Shown piece after piece: positions 1-12,300 of a DNA stretch of 64,000 bases. A program made the position numbers and the translations under genes. The DNA is taken from assembly GCA_039621445.1 (NCBI GenBank), contig CP154954.1:7389425-7453424 (forward strand), given 5' to 3'. This DNA comes from Euglena gracilis (Eukaryota). The notes under the pieces were generated by a model. That model worked only from the letters and a program-made list of their open reading frames with translations, had not been told where the DNA came from and did no database searches. Each line of letters begins with the position of its first letter. Position 1 is the stretch's first letter.

Positions 1-37
1 TGGGTGGGAGTTGACACCCACCAAATGTCATCTGTCA

Positions 38-2513
38 GTCAGTACAGGGATCTCAGGGAGGAAGGTTGTGGGGACCTGACCATTTCAGGGTGGGGGGGGG
101 GTTCTTGAGCGTGGCAGTTTCCAGTGGTGGGGTTGCCAGATGAGCAGCAGTTATCTTCCAGCCCTGTTCCCTCTGTCGAACCCTTGTCGAAAACTTGCAC
201 TCTTTACTGTCTGGAAGCAGGCAACTATTTAGGATTTTTGTTTACGATCAACGCATGAGCCGGCAAGAGCTACGCCAACACAACGGACCCCCGCCGCAGC
301 CTGCCCATAGCTCCGCCGTAACGTGCGGCGCCGCATGCACAGGACGAGGAGCAGCCCGAGGGCGAGCACGACGCCGACCACCACGGGGGCCACGACGACG
401 ACGGTCAAGTCCATGCACCGCGGGGGCGGCCCGGCGCGGTGCGGTGAGCAGGCACAAAAAGGGAGGGGCTGCTGGATTCGGGCAGGTGGAGAAGGGAAGA
501 GAAAGCAGCACTTTGTCCCTCGCGCGGCGCAAAAGCCCAGTGTCAGCGGTTTGTCTCCAGAAATTGCTCTTTACGGCGGTGAAGGGAATGATAACGGTGA
601 TGATCATCACAATGGTTACCTGAATCATTAGGACAAGCACAAAAGCCCGTGCTACCGCACAGGCCCTATTTTACTGACACAGGGTGGATGCACGGGACGG
701 AGCCGGATCCAAGCGCAGCAGCCCACGGTGTGTTTCGGATGCCAAACCGACCCCTACGCATGGAATCGCGTTGGCATTCGCCGACAGCGCGGGCGTAGGC
801 CGTTACATTGCTCCCGTTAGTAGGTGGGTAGACAATAGTAACAACAGTAATAATAGTAATAGACAATATAATACAAATGAGCAAATGGCAGGAAGCAATC
901 ATATCAATTTACTTGTTGCACAGTATCCTATTTCAAACCAAATAAAATGTACTTTTTCTGGTTTGTCCACCAAGAAAATACACTTCCTCTCGGTGGCTTT
1001 GATCAACATATTCCTATGAAGAATATCTATAATCCAGGTTTTGATGTAGGGCCAAATACAAGGAAATTTGTGACCGGGAGGAGGGGGAGGGCTGAAACCT
1101 AGGGGTGTATAATTCAGGGATTATTCGGGGGGAGGGTGCTCACTTGGGCACAATGAAAAGAACAGAAAAAAATCATCCAACCCAATCAAAATATACCCAG
1201 CCGGAATCCCTTATCACACTCCCCAACATCACACACCCTGCCTCCCTCGCATCAAGCAAAAAAATGAGCAAATATGGTTGCTGAGCGTTGGTTTGTGCAA
1301 AAAAATGACGTTACGCGCGTTTGTGCATACGTCAAGTGCGTGCGTGCATGCACGAGCCTATCTATGTCTATCTACGTATGTATTATAGCCTATGCATGCA
1401 TCTACTGGAAGCAGTGGCTGGGGGGTTATGGATACTGGGGAAGAAGTTGCCAGAGACAAGCATGACACCCCACTCCACGAGTCTGGAGAAGACTCACCAA
1501 ACACAACCATCACCAGGGGGGGTCAATAGACGCGACACAGAAAAAAAAAACGCAAATTGCTTTTGTATGCAAAATCCTTTAGGAGGTCCGGGATGCAAAA
1601 ATTTTCTCCTGGAGAGGACTGAGGTAAATTTGGCCAAAAGTTTGCCAATTTTTGTCATTTCTTGCATTTTGGTCAAATATTACATATTTTCATATAAATT
1701 GAAAATTTTTCTTTGCAAAAAAATGGAAAAATTTGACAAACTTTTGGGGAAAAAAAGCCAAGAAACAAAAAACAACAACAAAAAAGCAGACCCCCCCCCC
1801 CTGCCATCACCAGCCAAACCCCACGAGGGCGACGTGACGACGTGACGAGGCACCACCACCAAACACCCCAACCACGTCATGAACCAACCCACTGCAACCT
1901 CAAACTCTGCCAAGGACAACAGCCACAGGAAACATGACGAGGACCAACCCAGCAAGCAAAAGAAATCAGACAGGGGGAAGGGAATGCAGAGAATAAACTT
2001 GCAGCTGATATAAATACACTGGCCAGGCTGAAACTGACCAACCCCGAGGGGGAGGGGGTCTCGCAGACCCTGGAGTGCCCAAGTGGGCCAAAAAGTGCCC
2101 CAAAATGGCCCTTTCTGGGCTTTCGGCACCTTCAGCGCTGGAAGTGCCTTGGCCAAGTGCCCAGGCACTTTTGGCCGTGTGCCCTACCCTGCCACTGGGT
2201 CGGATCTGGGTGCCTTGAAGTGCCTGCCCAGGAGCCCCCCCCCCCCCCCAGGGTGCGGTCGGCACCGCCTTGAAATTCAGCCTGACACTGGCACAAAGCC
2301 ACCTGGAGGCGCCATCCAGGGCAGGCCCTGAAAACCTTCTGCTGGATAACCGGAACCAAGACAATGGAGAGAAGAAGACAAGCCAAAACAGGGATTTTTC
2401 AGGGTTTCGAGAAGTAAACCGCCGGGCCAGTTTGTTGGGGGCCACAGGTAAAAGGGACGTATATCACTTCCAGCAAAGCAGAGAACCAAGGAAGGGGGAC
2501 GAAGGCTGTACAT
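38..2513 (-). CDS. Duplicate copy of the same membrane-protein 5' exons; the gene continues off the left edge of the window
   Basis: Nearly identical to 25430-27911; the transmembrane exon is at ~305-440. Confidence 0.45.
2024..2284. mobile_element. hAT-like MITE (also at 27418-27676)
   Basis: Terminal inverted repeats CAGGCTGAA/TTCAGCCTG and a perfect 8-bp TSD ACACTGGC (2016-2023, 2285-2292). Confidence 0.85.
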
Positions 2514-2632
2514 AGGCAACTTAAAGGTTGCAATGCAAAGAAATTAAAGAAAAAAACTGCACAAAAATTTGAAACGAAAACCATCAAAAAAAGGTCACAC
2601 ACCGGAGAACTGATGTCTTTTATTTGCTCAAT

Positions 2633-2848
2633 CCCCCCCTGAATGGAAGCCGCCACCAGAATGGTGTCCCCCCCCCAAAAAACCCTCCCCCTTCAGATTT
2701 TGACCATTGGCCCGAATGGAAGCCCCCCCCCCCACACAGGCAGTGGACAAGGGAAGAAGAAAAAACACACCCTAAAAAGAAGCCCCCCCTCTCGTTTTTC
2801 GACCAATGGTCCCAATGGAAGCCCGGGGGGGCTTCTATTCAGGGGGGG
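2633..2848. mobile_element. Probable MITE remnant
   Basis: Inverted ends CCCCCCTGAATGGAAGCC / GGCTTCTATTCAGGGGGG with internal AATGGAAGCC repeats; no clear TSD. Confidence 0.5.
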
Positions 2849-3320
2849 TTTATTCTTTACATTATGTGGGCTTTGGGTCTCTCTCATTTTTGCATCTTCT
2901 TTGCGTTGTTTATTTTTGTGCTGACTTAAGCACCCAGGGGCTGCCTGCTGGGCAGAAGACACACAGGGAAATATTTTAACACAAAAAGGAAATAAAACAC
3001 AATGTTGGTTGGACCCCCCCCCTTCGCCCAACGACCAGCAGAAAAAAAAACGTTCAAAACATGCCTGCTGACTGGCCTGTTGACTCCGGCCAGGGAGGGG
3101 GGTCGTTAGACATGGGGAGGTCCTTAAACACAGACGGATACAAAGCTTCTTGCTTCTGAGCTTCCACTTGATTTCTTCTAGGTCATCTTAGGTCAAAAAA
3201 AGTTGGAAACCACACTTTTCAGAGGGTGTGTAAAAGATCCAAGAATGCTTGGAATAACAGCATTCAAATACAAGATTTGTCCTGCTGACGCAGGAAAACA
3301 ATACATGGTCACAAGGTCAA

Positions 3321-6300
3321 TTAAATGAGCTCCAAACTAGAGAACTGCCCACCGACCCCACGGTGCCCCAAACAGGAATTATTTGTTGGGGACGTTTGTA
3401 CAAACCCTGAAAGTTCAGCAACTGGTCTGGGTGAGGATACCGTCGAGACCCCGTAATGGGAAACGTTGGTACCCGAAAAGTCCAAAATTCTTACTGCAGA
3501 AAACAATCCCTGTTGTTGATGGGACTGGGCAGGGTTGGCATACAAGCCTGGCGAGTGGCTTGCGGAGTCTGCGAATAAGCCAAAGGAGGCACGGCGGGCC
3601 TCGCTCACTGCAGTCAGACAGGGCAGCAGTGGGTGGGTCGGTGGGGGGTGGGGGGTCCTGCGGCGGACGAGGTGCCGAGGCGGGATCTGCGCAAGGCGCA
3701 AGCCCCTCTGCCTGACCTCCTCGTCCCTGGGGCCGCGGACATGCACAAAGGTAGAGGCGGGGGGCGGGCGAGGGGGAGGGGAAGGCGAATACACAGGGCA
3801 CGCTGCAGGGCACGCATGACACAACGGCCTCAGGGCTCCCCCTCCGGCAAGCCGTCCTCAAAGCCTGCTTGGGGGAAGGTGAGTGGTCAGGGGCTTGTGG
3901 AGCGACGGCGCGCCTTCCATTCTCCGGAGCACAGGGGCAGGCCTTTCTGCCAAAAAAAAATGCAGAGAATCAGCCCCCCCCCCCCCGCTGTGTGGCCAGG
4001 AAACTCGACACGCACCGCCAGGCGAGGACCGGCCTGCGGCACGGTGGTGGTCAGGCAGAACTCGGTGTCCCGCGTCACGGCGGCGTCCGACTGGCTGAAC
4101 GGCGTGGCGTACGCCTTCCGCAGCTGCGGCCAGGCCCGTGAGTTTGCCCGGAACCGAGGGCCGCGGGGCTGTTCAACGTGGGCGTCCGTTGAGGAATCTC
4201 AACGTCGAAACCAAATTCCAAAAAAGGTTGTCCCCTTCGCAAGGCTGCTGCTTCCCAATCCCGGCCTGGGTGCTGCATCTCGTCCACGGTGTGCTCTGCT
4301 TCATACGCTGCCGATGGCAGAGGCGGGTCTGGCGCGATTGGGAGTCCCCTTCGGGACATGGAGGTGATGTTGAATATTGGGGGACTTGCACATACTGTAT
4401 GATGCCACGCCACTTACCACAGTTCCCCACTCATAAGATGAAACACCACAACAATGTAGCCACCCTGGCATTCCCAACTCCGAGAGCACACATAAATCAA
4501 CACAGATCAACACTGCTGCCCCAGTGTTGTAAGCCCCAGACCGAACCCTGAACATGAGGTTGGCCCGCTCCAGGTACCAGCGCTTCTCTGCCTGCTCCTG
4601 CACTGCGGAATAAGTGTTGCCCATCATGGCGATGAGCAGGTTGAGCAACAGGATGACTACCAATATGATGTACGGCGGCAGGGTGCTGACGGTGTTGGTA
4701 CGGTAGATAAACCAGCCAAAAAAAAAACTCAAATTTGGTGCCCTGCACCATTTGCTTTCATAACACTGATGGCCATTGCAGTACACACATCATTCCTTTC
4801 TTGGCTGCCCTCAACTCTTGGCAGCCCACTAGTTTTTGAAATATGCAGTGGGCAGTCGTGCTTGCGGGAGGGAAATTCCTTGGTGCTTGAAATTAAGTCT
4901 GGAATAATTTAATGAGAGATTAAGAGTACTTGGGACGAAGAAAAGATGCTTGGATGGTGCGCTCATACAAAGAGAAAAAAATAAAAAACTGGCGATTTGC
5001 GCAGAATGATACAATTTCACTTCATGTGGGAGGTCCACAATTAAATCGAAGGAATAGAGAAAGAGAGGAATAGAGATGCAAATAACAGCAACATCTTGCT
5101 TCTTCAAACTCAAAAATATGATATTTCTCTTTTAGAAATGGCAGCCTCAACTTGCCCCGGGGGGGGGGGGCGAGTAGAAGCTCCAGGGGGGGGGGGGTTG
5201 TGTGGCGGCCCCTAGGTCACACAATTGGGGATGCTGCTCGGGATAGGGCATACATTACACCCAGATTGATGTCTTTTTTTTGCAAGAAGTGTGGTACTGT
5301 TGTGTGTATTCATGTTGGTGAGTATACTTAAATGTGCAAAATGCAGCGATGCCTTCCTGGCAGCTGGTGGCCTGCTATTATAAGCATCAGTTCTGGGAGA
5401 TGCCTGTCTTCCAGGCACCACAATTTATAACAATGAACATTCTACTGCTTATCAATAACAGATGTCTGAAAAATGTTCCAGCAAATATCTCGTGGTTATG
5501 GGTCTATTCAAATTCGGAATGGGTTGGGGTTAGGATTGGGCGCACCAAAATTGGGCACCAGAGTTAAGCGGAAATTAGGCCCCCGATTGGAGAAGATTGA
5601 GCCGTGTTTGGGCAAATTGCGGGCATTCTTGCAAATTGCAGGCATTCTTCCTGAATTCCTAAAAGTTGGGTTTTCCGTCAATGTGTCCCCCCTTGCCCAG
5701 TCACCAATCTTGCCTCAGCAGCACCCCCTGGATCTCACGCAACTTTTCACTGGTCATCTTCCTGGCAGTAACCTTCCACGTGGCCCCCTTGGGGGTGGGG
5801 GCAAATAGAAACCCAGTCTGACCGTCCATGGTCCCGTGCGTCCCGGAAATCCCAAGGGATCCGGGGCAACCGTCGTCCTATTCAGAGGGGGGGGGGTGTG
5901 CTGGACGGCCCTCGGAAAAAATGCGCAAAAATGCGCAAAAAACCGCACAAAAAATGAGCTGAGTTTGTGACATTCCCAAGGGAAAAAGTATTTGGAAAAA
6001 AATTTAACAATAAGCCCAAAATTAAACCAAAATCACCAAAAACAGCTGAAATGAAGGCATTTTGGCCAAAAAAAAAATGCACGAGCACGGCGTCACTCTC
6101 TGTTCACCATAACCAACAATGTCAGCCATGGTGCCCCTTATTTGCGACCAGGGGAGTGGGATTCGATGTGGGGTCTCTGAAAACCCGAGTGTCCTCATCA
6201 TCATTGGATGAGTACCCACACCTCATCAAGGTTTCTTTCTTGAGTGTCCCTTGGGTGAAAAAAAAGTGCGTAAATGGGTTCGTTATTTATAGAAATGGGT

Positions 6301-9300
6301 TAGTTGGACGTGGGCAAAATTCGGTGAGCATGTGGTTTGATTGATGTTGAAGAACGGTGTTGAAGAACACCAATGTCAAGTTTGTTTTGACATGTGGACA
6401 ATGTGGACAACATGGACAATACGGACAAAATGCCTCCAAAAAAGTGTAAAAAAAAAGTGGGAAAATGGAAAAAATGTGCAAAAAATGCGCAAAAATGCGC
6501 ATTTTGAAAAAATTGACGAAAATGCGCAAAAAATGTGCAAAAATGCGCAAAAATTTTCAGTGCATTCCCCCCCCCTCTGTCCTATTTGGGGAGGATTTGC
6601 GCTTATTGTTCTGGGGTGCAAAAGTGTTTCCTGTATGGGCTGGAGGTGCATACTTAATGGTTGGGCGTATACAAAAAATGGTTGTTTTTGGGGAAAAAAA
6701 CCAGCAGCGGACACCTGCTCGAGATGACGAGCAGGTTGATGAGGAGCATGCGGCCCCCGCTGAACCGCTCGCTGTAGGTCTCGAAGGGGAAATCGCCCAC
6801 CAGCCCCAACAGCACAAACTGCCATTGGCAAGGGTGGGGCAGAGGGAGTGGGATTGGCAAGGGTGTGGGAGGCAAAACGATCTGCCCTTCTTTGCGTTGC
6901 CGAAAACGCGGACTTAGTTCTGCAGCTGGCATGCTGGCTCAAAGGTTTGCCCCGGCAAGAGATGGTGACTTCATTCCAGGCAGTCCCTTTTCTGAGAACT
7001 TCTTTTGACCTCTATTGAAAAAATATCACCATTGCACCAGGTATACGAGTCTCCTTAATAAACACATGGGCAAAAAGATGAGTTCCCCCAAAAAAGGGTG
7101 ATAGCTACAAATCAACTTCAAACTAAGTCCCCAACAATAGCTAAACCATGTCAAACCATGCAGAAATCTCCGAGAAGGGGGGTGGGGTCGTTGGACATTG
7201 GGACATTGGGAGGCCCACCGCTGGGCAGAGGTGTTCCACGAAAGAATCCACGCCGCAGTGCTCTGTGTCGGCCGTCAGCATGTAGAGAGACATCGTGAAG
7301 CCGAGCAGCACCGTGAGGTTGACGCAGAGGAACACCTTCACGTCGCCGCCTGGCCCGGGGGGGGGGGGGGCGTCCGCCGCCGGGAATGCAACCACCGGGG
7401 TCAACCCCTGCCCGGAGGCAGTGGTGGCGGTGAGCAGGCAGCACGAGGCGGGTCACCACTCAAACGTGCAATTAGAATGGTCACCCCTGCCAGTTGATGG
7501 AATGAGAAGAAACCTTGTGTGAATTTTGCGGGGAAATATCCCGAAATATGGTCCCTACGTGGCCGCAAAGCGTTGGGAACTAAAAACAACCTTTGGCAGA
7601 CGTTTTAGGGCAATCTGAATAATTTCTGCACCACCTCGAGAAATGGGTGGGCAGCTGCCACCACACAACTTCCTGGCGCCGTGAACTCGAGCACAAAGGG
7701 GTGCCCGGGTGGGCAGGCACCGAGCAGGATAAAAGAAAAACTGTCCAGGGTTGCTTCTGTTCTCCGAACCTGTGCTAAGTTTACAGGAAACCGTGAACGT
7801 TCATTTCATCAAGTCGCAACGTGGGGTCGACCCACCACCCACCGACCCACCCACCCACCCAAAACACACCCAAAATGGACCAAAAAAAAACATTTCAGAA
7901 ACTCAGCCCCCCCCCCCCCCTCTTGGGAGAGTCCTGCCAGTATTTGGTGAATATATCGTTTCAACATCTCCCTGGTCATTGGCCTGGGATGTGTTGGCCC
8001 TACCAGGCCAGGGGCAAACTTTGTTGGGGGGGATTGACTCCTTCTGGAAACTGGAAAGCGAGGGGAAAGGCAATGAGCCGAGGGGCACTTGCACTGGCGC
8101 ACTGAACAGAAACAACCACTGCTCGGCCAATTGTCTCTGCCATTGATACAATGCTGTCCCTATTTCCGTGCAAACAGAGCATAGACCTTCAAATGGTTCT
8201 TTTCCCGTTTCCTTGACATAAATATACCGGATGAAGCAGATGAACTTCCTCGGTATACGATCACAGTCATGAATCAAATCGATTGCATCTGCAGTGGCTC
8301 CCCAAATGCCGTTCGCCCCCCCCCCCCTTATGTCCAACCACCAGTGATCTCTGTCCTCCGACCGAGGGGGGGGGGTGGTCGTTGTACATAGGGTTCTGAC
8401 CAAAACGGTGTCCTCCGACTGGGTCGTTAGACACAGAGGGTGGTTGGACACAGAAGGGGGTGTGGAAAACAACACCTGAAAACCCCCAAGGACATCCAGG
8501 CCAGCCCGTACTGCAGCATCTCCTTGATCATGATGACAAAGGGCCCCGTGGACCGAAAGCCAAGCAATGACAGACCTGTCTCAAGCACTTGTTTTGCTGG
8601 AATATGATGCTGGGTATGGATGTGCATCCTAGAGGTAAAAATGCTTCTGTTTCGAACTTGATTTAGGAGAAAAATATTCACGAAATTGAGCGACCATTGC
8701 TTTCCGCAATACAAAATATCAGAGCAATGAGAGCAACAAGGACAAAAAAAGGTCAATGCAAGCAACAAAAATCGACCAACTGATATGATTTTTTTTCAGG
8801 CATATATTTCTCATTTGGCAGAAGACAAAATGCTGAGTCCACTTGACTGCATGCACTTGTGTGCAATTTCAGAAAGAGGAAACCAGCCCTGTGCAGGAAG
8901 AAGAACACATGCAGCCAACCTGTGAGGGCGGCGAAGGAGGCCGCCACGTCCACTAGCACAGGCAGATCTGCGAGTCGAGCACAGAGGGCCGACGGCAGTA
9001 GAGTCTATTTTGTGTGGAAGCAGCGTAGAAGCCATTTTGGCCAAAAAAATAATGACATTTGCCTGGGGACACACACACACACACACACACACACAGAGAG
9101 AGAGAGTGAGAGAGAGAGAGAGAGACATGCACACGTGCGCGCGCACACACACACACACACATGCACACGTGCACAAGCACCCACACACACATAGGTGGAT
9201 CAATAACTTGTGCAGGCGGCATGGGGCCTTGGTTGGGCATCGCTCATTTCCCCAACCTCCTTGTCTCTCTAAGCCCCCCCGTATTTTACCAATCTTTTCA

Positions 9301-12300
9301 AAGGTCATCTTCCCGGGAAGCACTTCAGGTGAATTGTCATGCCAGGAAACAAAAGGTACAATAAAAATTGGCGGTATTTGAAATGCTAAATTAGATGTTC
9401 AGTATACATGAATGTCGTATTTGTAGCAATGGAAACAATAACATGGAACCCTGCCAACAATAAAAAACATGGAACCCTGCCCCACACACACTCACTCACC
9501 ATCCATTTCATTGCGAGGTTCACAACAATGCAGCGCCTCTGACCGGAGGGCCACGGAGGACAGGAACAAGAAAAACAAAACACATTGCCCAGCGTCGCCT
9601 CGACGGCCGCCGCCCCATGCGCCTCATAGACTGGGAGGGGTGCGCATGGGGAGGGGGCAAGGACAACCAAGAGTGCCAAACAGAAAAATATATGATAGCG
9701 TAAGTATAAATGATGACAAAACCACAAGAGGAGCACAGACGGACATGGCAGTGACACACACCATTTCCCCTATGTACAGTAGGGAAACGAAATTGTGGGA
9801 CAGCTGAGAATTTTGTGGGTCATACCCAACCCCCAGCTCCAAAACCTCTGCCAGCCCATGGGATGTGGTGATGGTGTGTGCACACTGGCATGGCCCTGCC
9901 CCACGCAGCAGTGCCCCAGCCAGCTCTGCTGCAGCACGCTGTGCAAAAGTCAGGCCAACCCTATGCGAGCAGGTCGTTTCCATTTTCTGACCCCTTTTGG
10001 ACTGCGAAGCAAACCCAGCCTCGGGAAAGGGGACGAGGCGGCTCACACTGCAGTGAGTGGCATTGGCCCCTAACTTTGAATAATGCAAGTTAGCAACCCC
10101 TGGCCTCGACATGCCGACTAGTTTGGGCTAAAAAATTGGGGTCAGAAAATAGAAAATACCTGCTAACATAGGGTTGGCCTGAATTTTGCACAGCGTGATG
10201 CAGCAGAGCTGGCTGGGGCACTGCTGCGTGGGGCAGGGCCATGCCAGTGTGCACACACCATCACCACATCCCATGGGCTGGCAGAGGCTTTGGAGCTGGG
10301 GTTGGTTATGACCCACAAAATTCTCAGGTGTCCCACTATTTAGTTTCCCTACTGTAGAATGAAGAAATAATTTCCAGTTTATTTCCGAAAAAACAATGTG
10401 CATGCCTGCGAATGCTTACACACATACAAATAAATTGCCTGCCAGCCTGCCAGCATTCAGAGCAGCACACGCATAAAAAATGTGAAAGATACATACACTT
10501 TGGAAAAATTGGATAATAACCACCATTTTCCCACATGAATCAGGAAAAACCACAGGAAAAAAAATACTTTAACTGTTAGTCCGTCAGTCAATTCATTTAG
10601 GCTCTGCTCTATGAAATCTTTCAAAAAAAATGAGTATGGGCCGGAGGAACACATCTGCAGCGCAGCCCTGAACCGCATACCTCACAGATTGATGCTCAAA
10701 TGGGAGGGTAAGCACCAATTGCGAACCACCCACACCAGGCTCCTTCCCTGGGGGGCGGAGGGCTGGACTCAACACACCCAAAAAAAGGTCATTTGCAATT
10801 ATCATACAATGTCGAAATATTGAACAATCAACTGTGCCTTCGCCAAATGGTCAAAGATGATGCTGCTTTATCAGCTTTTCTTGCGTTGCACAAATTCGAT
10901 CACCATCGACACCGTGAAAAACATTGTCAAAAAAGGTGTGTCCATCAAATGCAGAGAACGAGCGTGGGTCACACATCCAGAGAACGAGCACTCAATTCAC
11001 TGAGCAAAATCTCCGTACCCACACAAGAAACTTAAGTTGGATTGGGGCTGGCTGGCTGGGCTTGTAGCACCCCCCTCCCGGTGGGTGCTACTGGAGCACG
11101 ACTGGGTGGAACTTTGGCATGGCGGCAGCAGCCCCCATCCTGCGGGGTGTCTGCAAGCCTCACATATACCAACCACGCATTTTCATGGAAAGGTGGAAGC
11201 CTGATCCACACAGCCCTCCACCCCACTGACAGGAGAACCAACAGCTCCAGTGCCTGCACTGCGAGGGCGACCGGGTGGCCCTGCACCACGCCAGAAGCAC
11301 TGCAGCGGTGGTTGTTGGAGCACAGCAGGCAGCCAGTGTTGTCATACCCACCACGTTTTTGCATTCTTAGGTTTCCAAGACAGGTGTACACATCCAGCTG
11401 CATGGATACGTAATACCATCCAATTCCAACTCCATGGCAAATTTCCCTCAGTGCACCTCCCATTTTCCCCCAACATGAGCAAATTTAGCCCAAAATGGAT
11501 CATTTCTCGAAGAAAAAAATGTAATATACTCCAAATTTTTCTGATAGTGAGGGGGTTTACAGGTGGGCGGTGAAATGAAACCCCCTGGGGGGCTTGCATT
11601 TGTGGTTTGTGGATCATTTGTTTATCTAAACACGTAATACGGTCAAAGAGAACCCAATTGGATGAAAATTATGAATTGAATTGAATGCAGAAGCCATTGT
11701 AAATAATCTGCTATTCTCGAGGAACCTTAGAAGACCAAGAAAGCTTTGGTTTACTTCCGGAAGATGTCAGGGTCGCAATGAAAAAGAGAAGAGCCACAAA
11801 GCAAAAAGAAAAGGGGGCCTTTGAACCCGACGCCCTTTGGCCCATCCCAGGCTTTTAATTGTGGACCTGCCCCCCAGGAAGTTATCGCCCAAAGCAAGCA
11901 CACAAACCTCAGTGATAAATACCCGTATGGACTTGGGATGATTTTCCAAAATGGAAAATCATGTGATGGGCTCAAAAAATGACAACTTCAGCAGGGTAAA
12001 TGACAATTTGAGGCGGGGGGCAACTTCCCCGGGGGGTCAAATTGGAGGAGGGGGGGGGGCTGAGTTGTAGGGCAGCCCCTGGGTGGGCAGGATGCTGGCG
12101 GCGGTCCAGGCCAGCACAGTGCCGAGGGCCACCGCCAGCTTCCGGTAGAACATCCGCTGCCCGAACGCGTCCCACTTCTTGTCCAGCACCTGCCGCACCT
12201 CCGCGCTGACCACGAGGTCCAGCCGTGGCGCGTGGTGCCCAAGGGCGGCGCCATTCTGCACAGGCCCATCAACGCACTCCCACCAGGCACACAACGCCCA

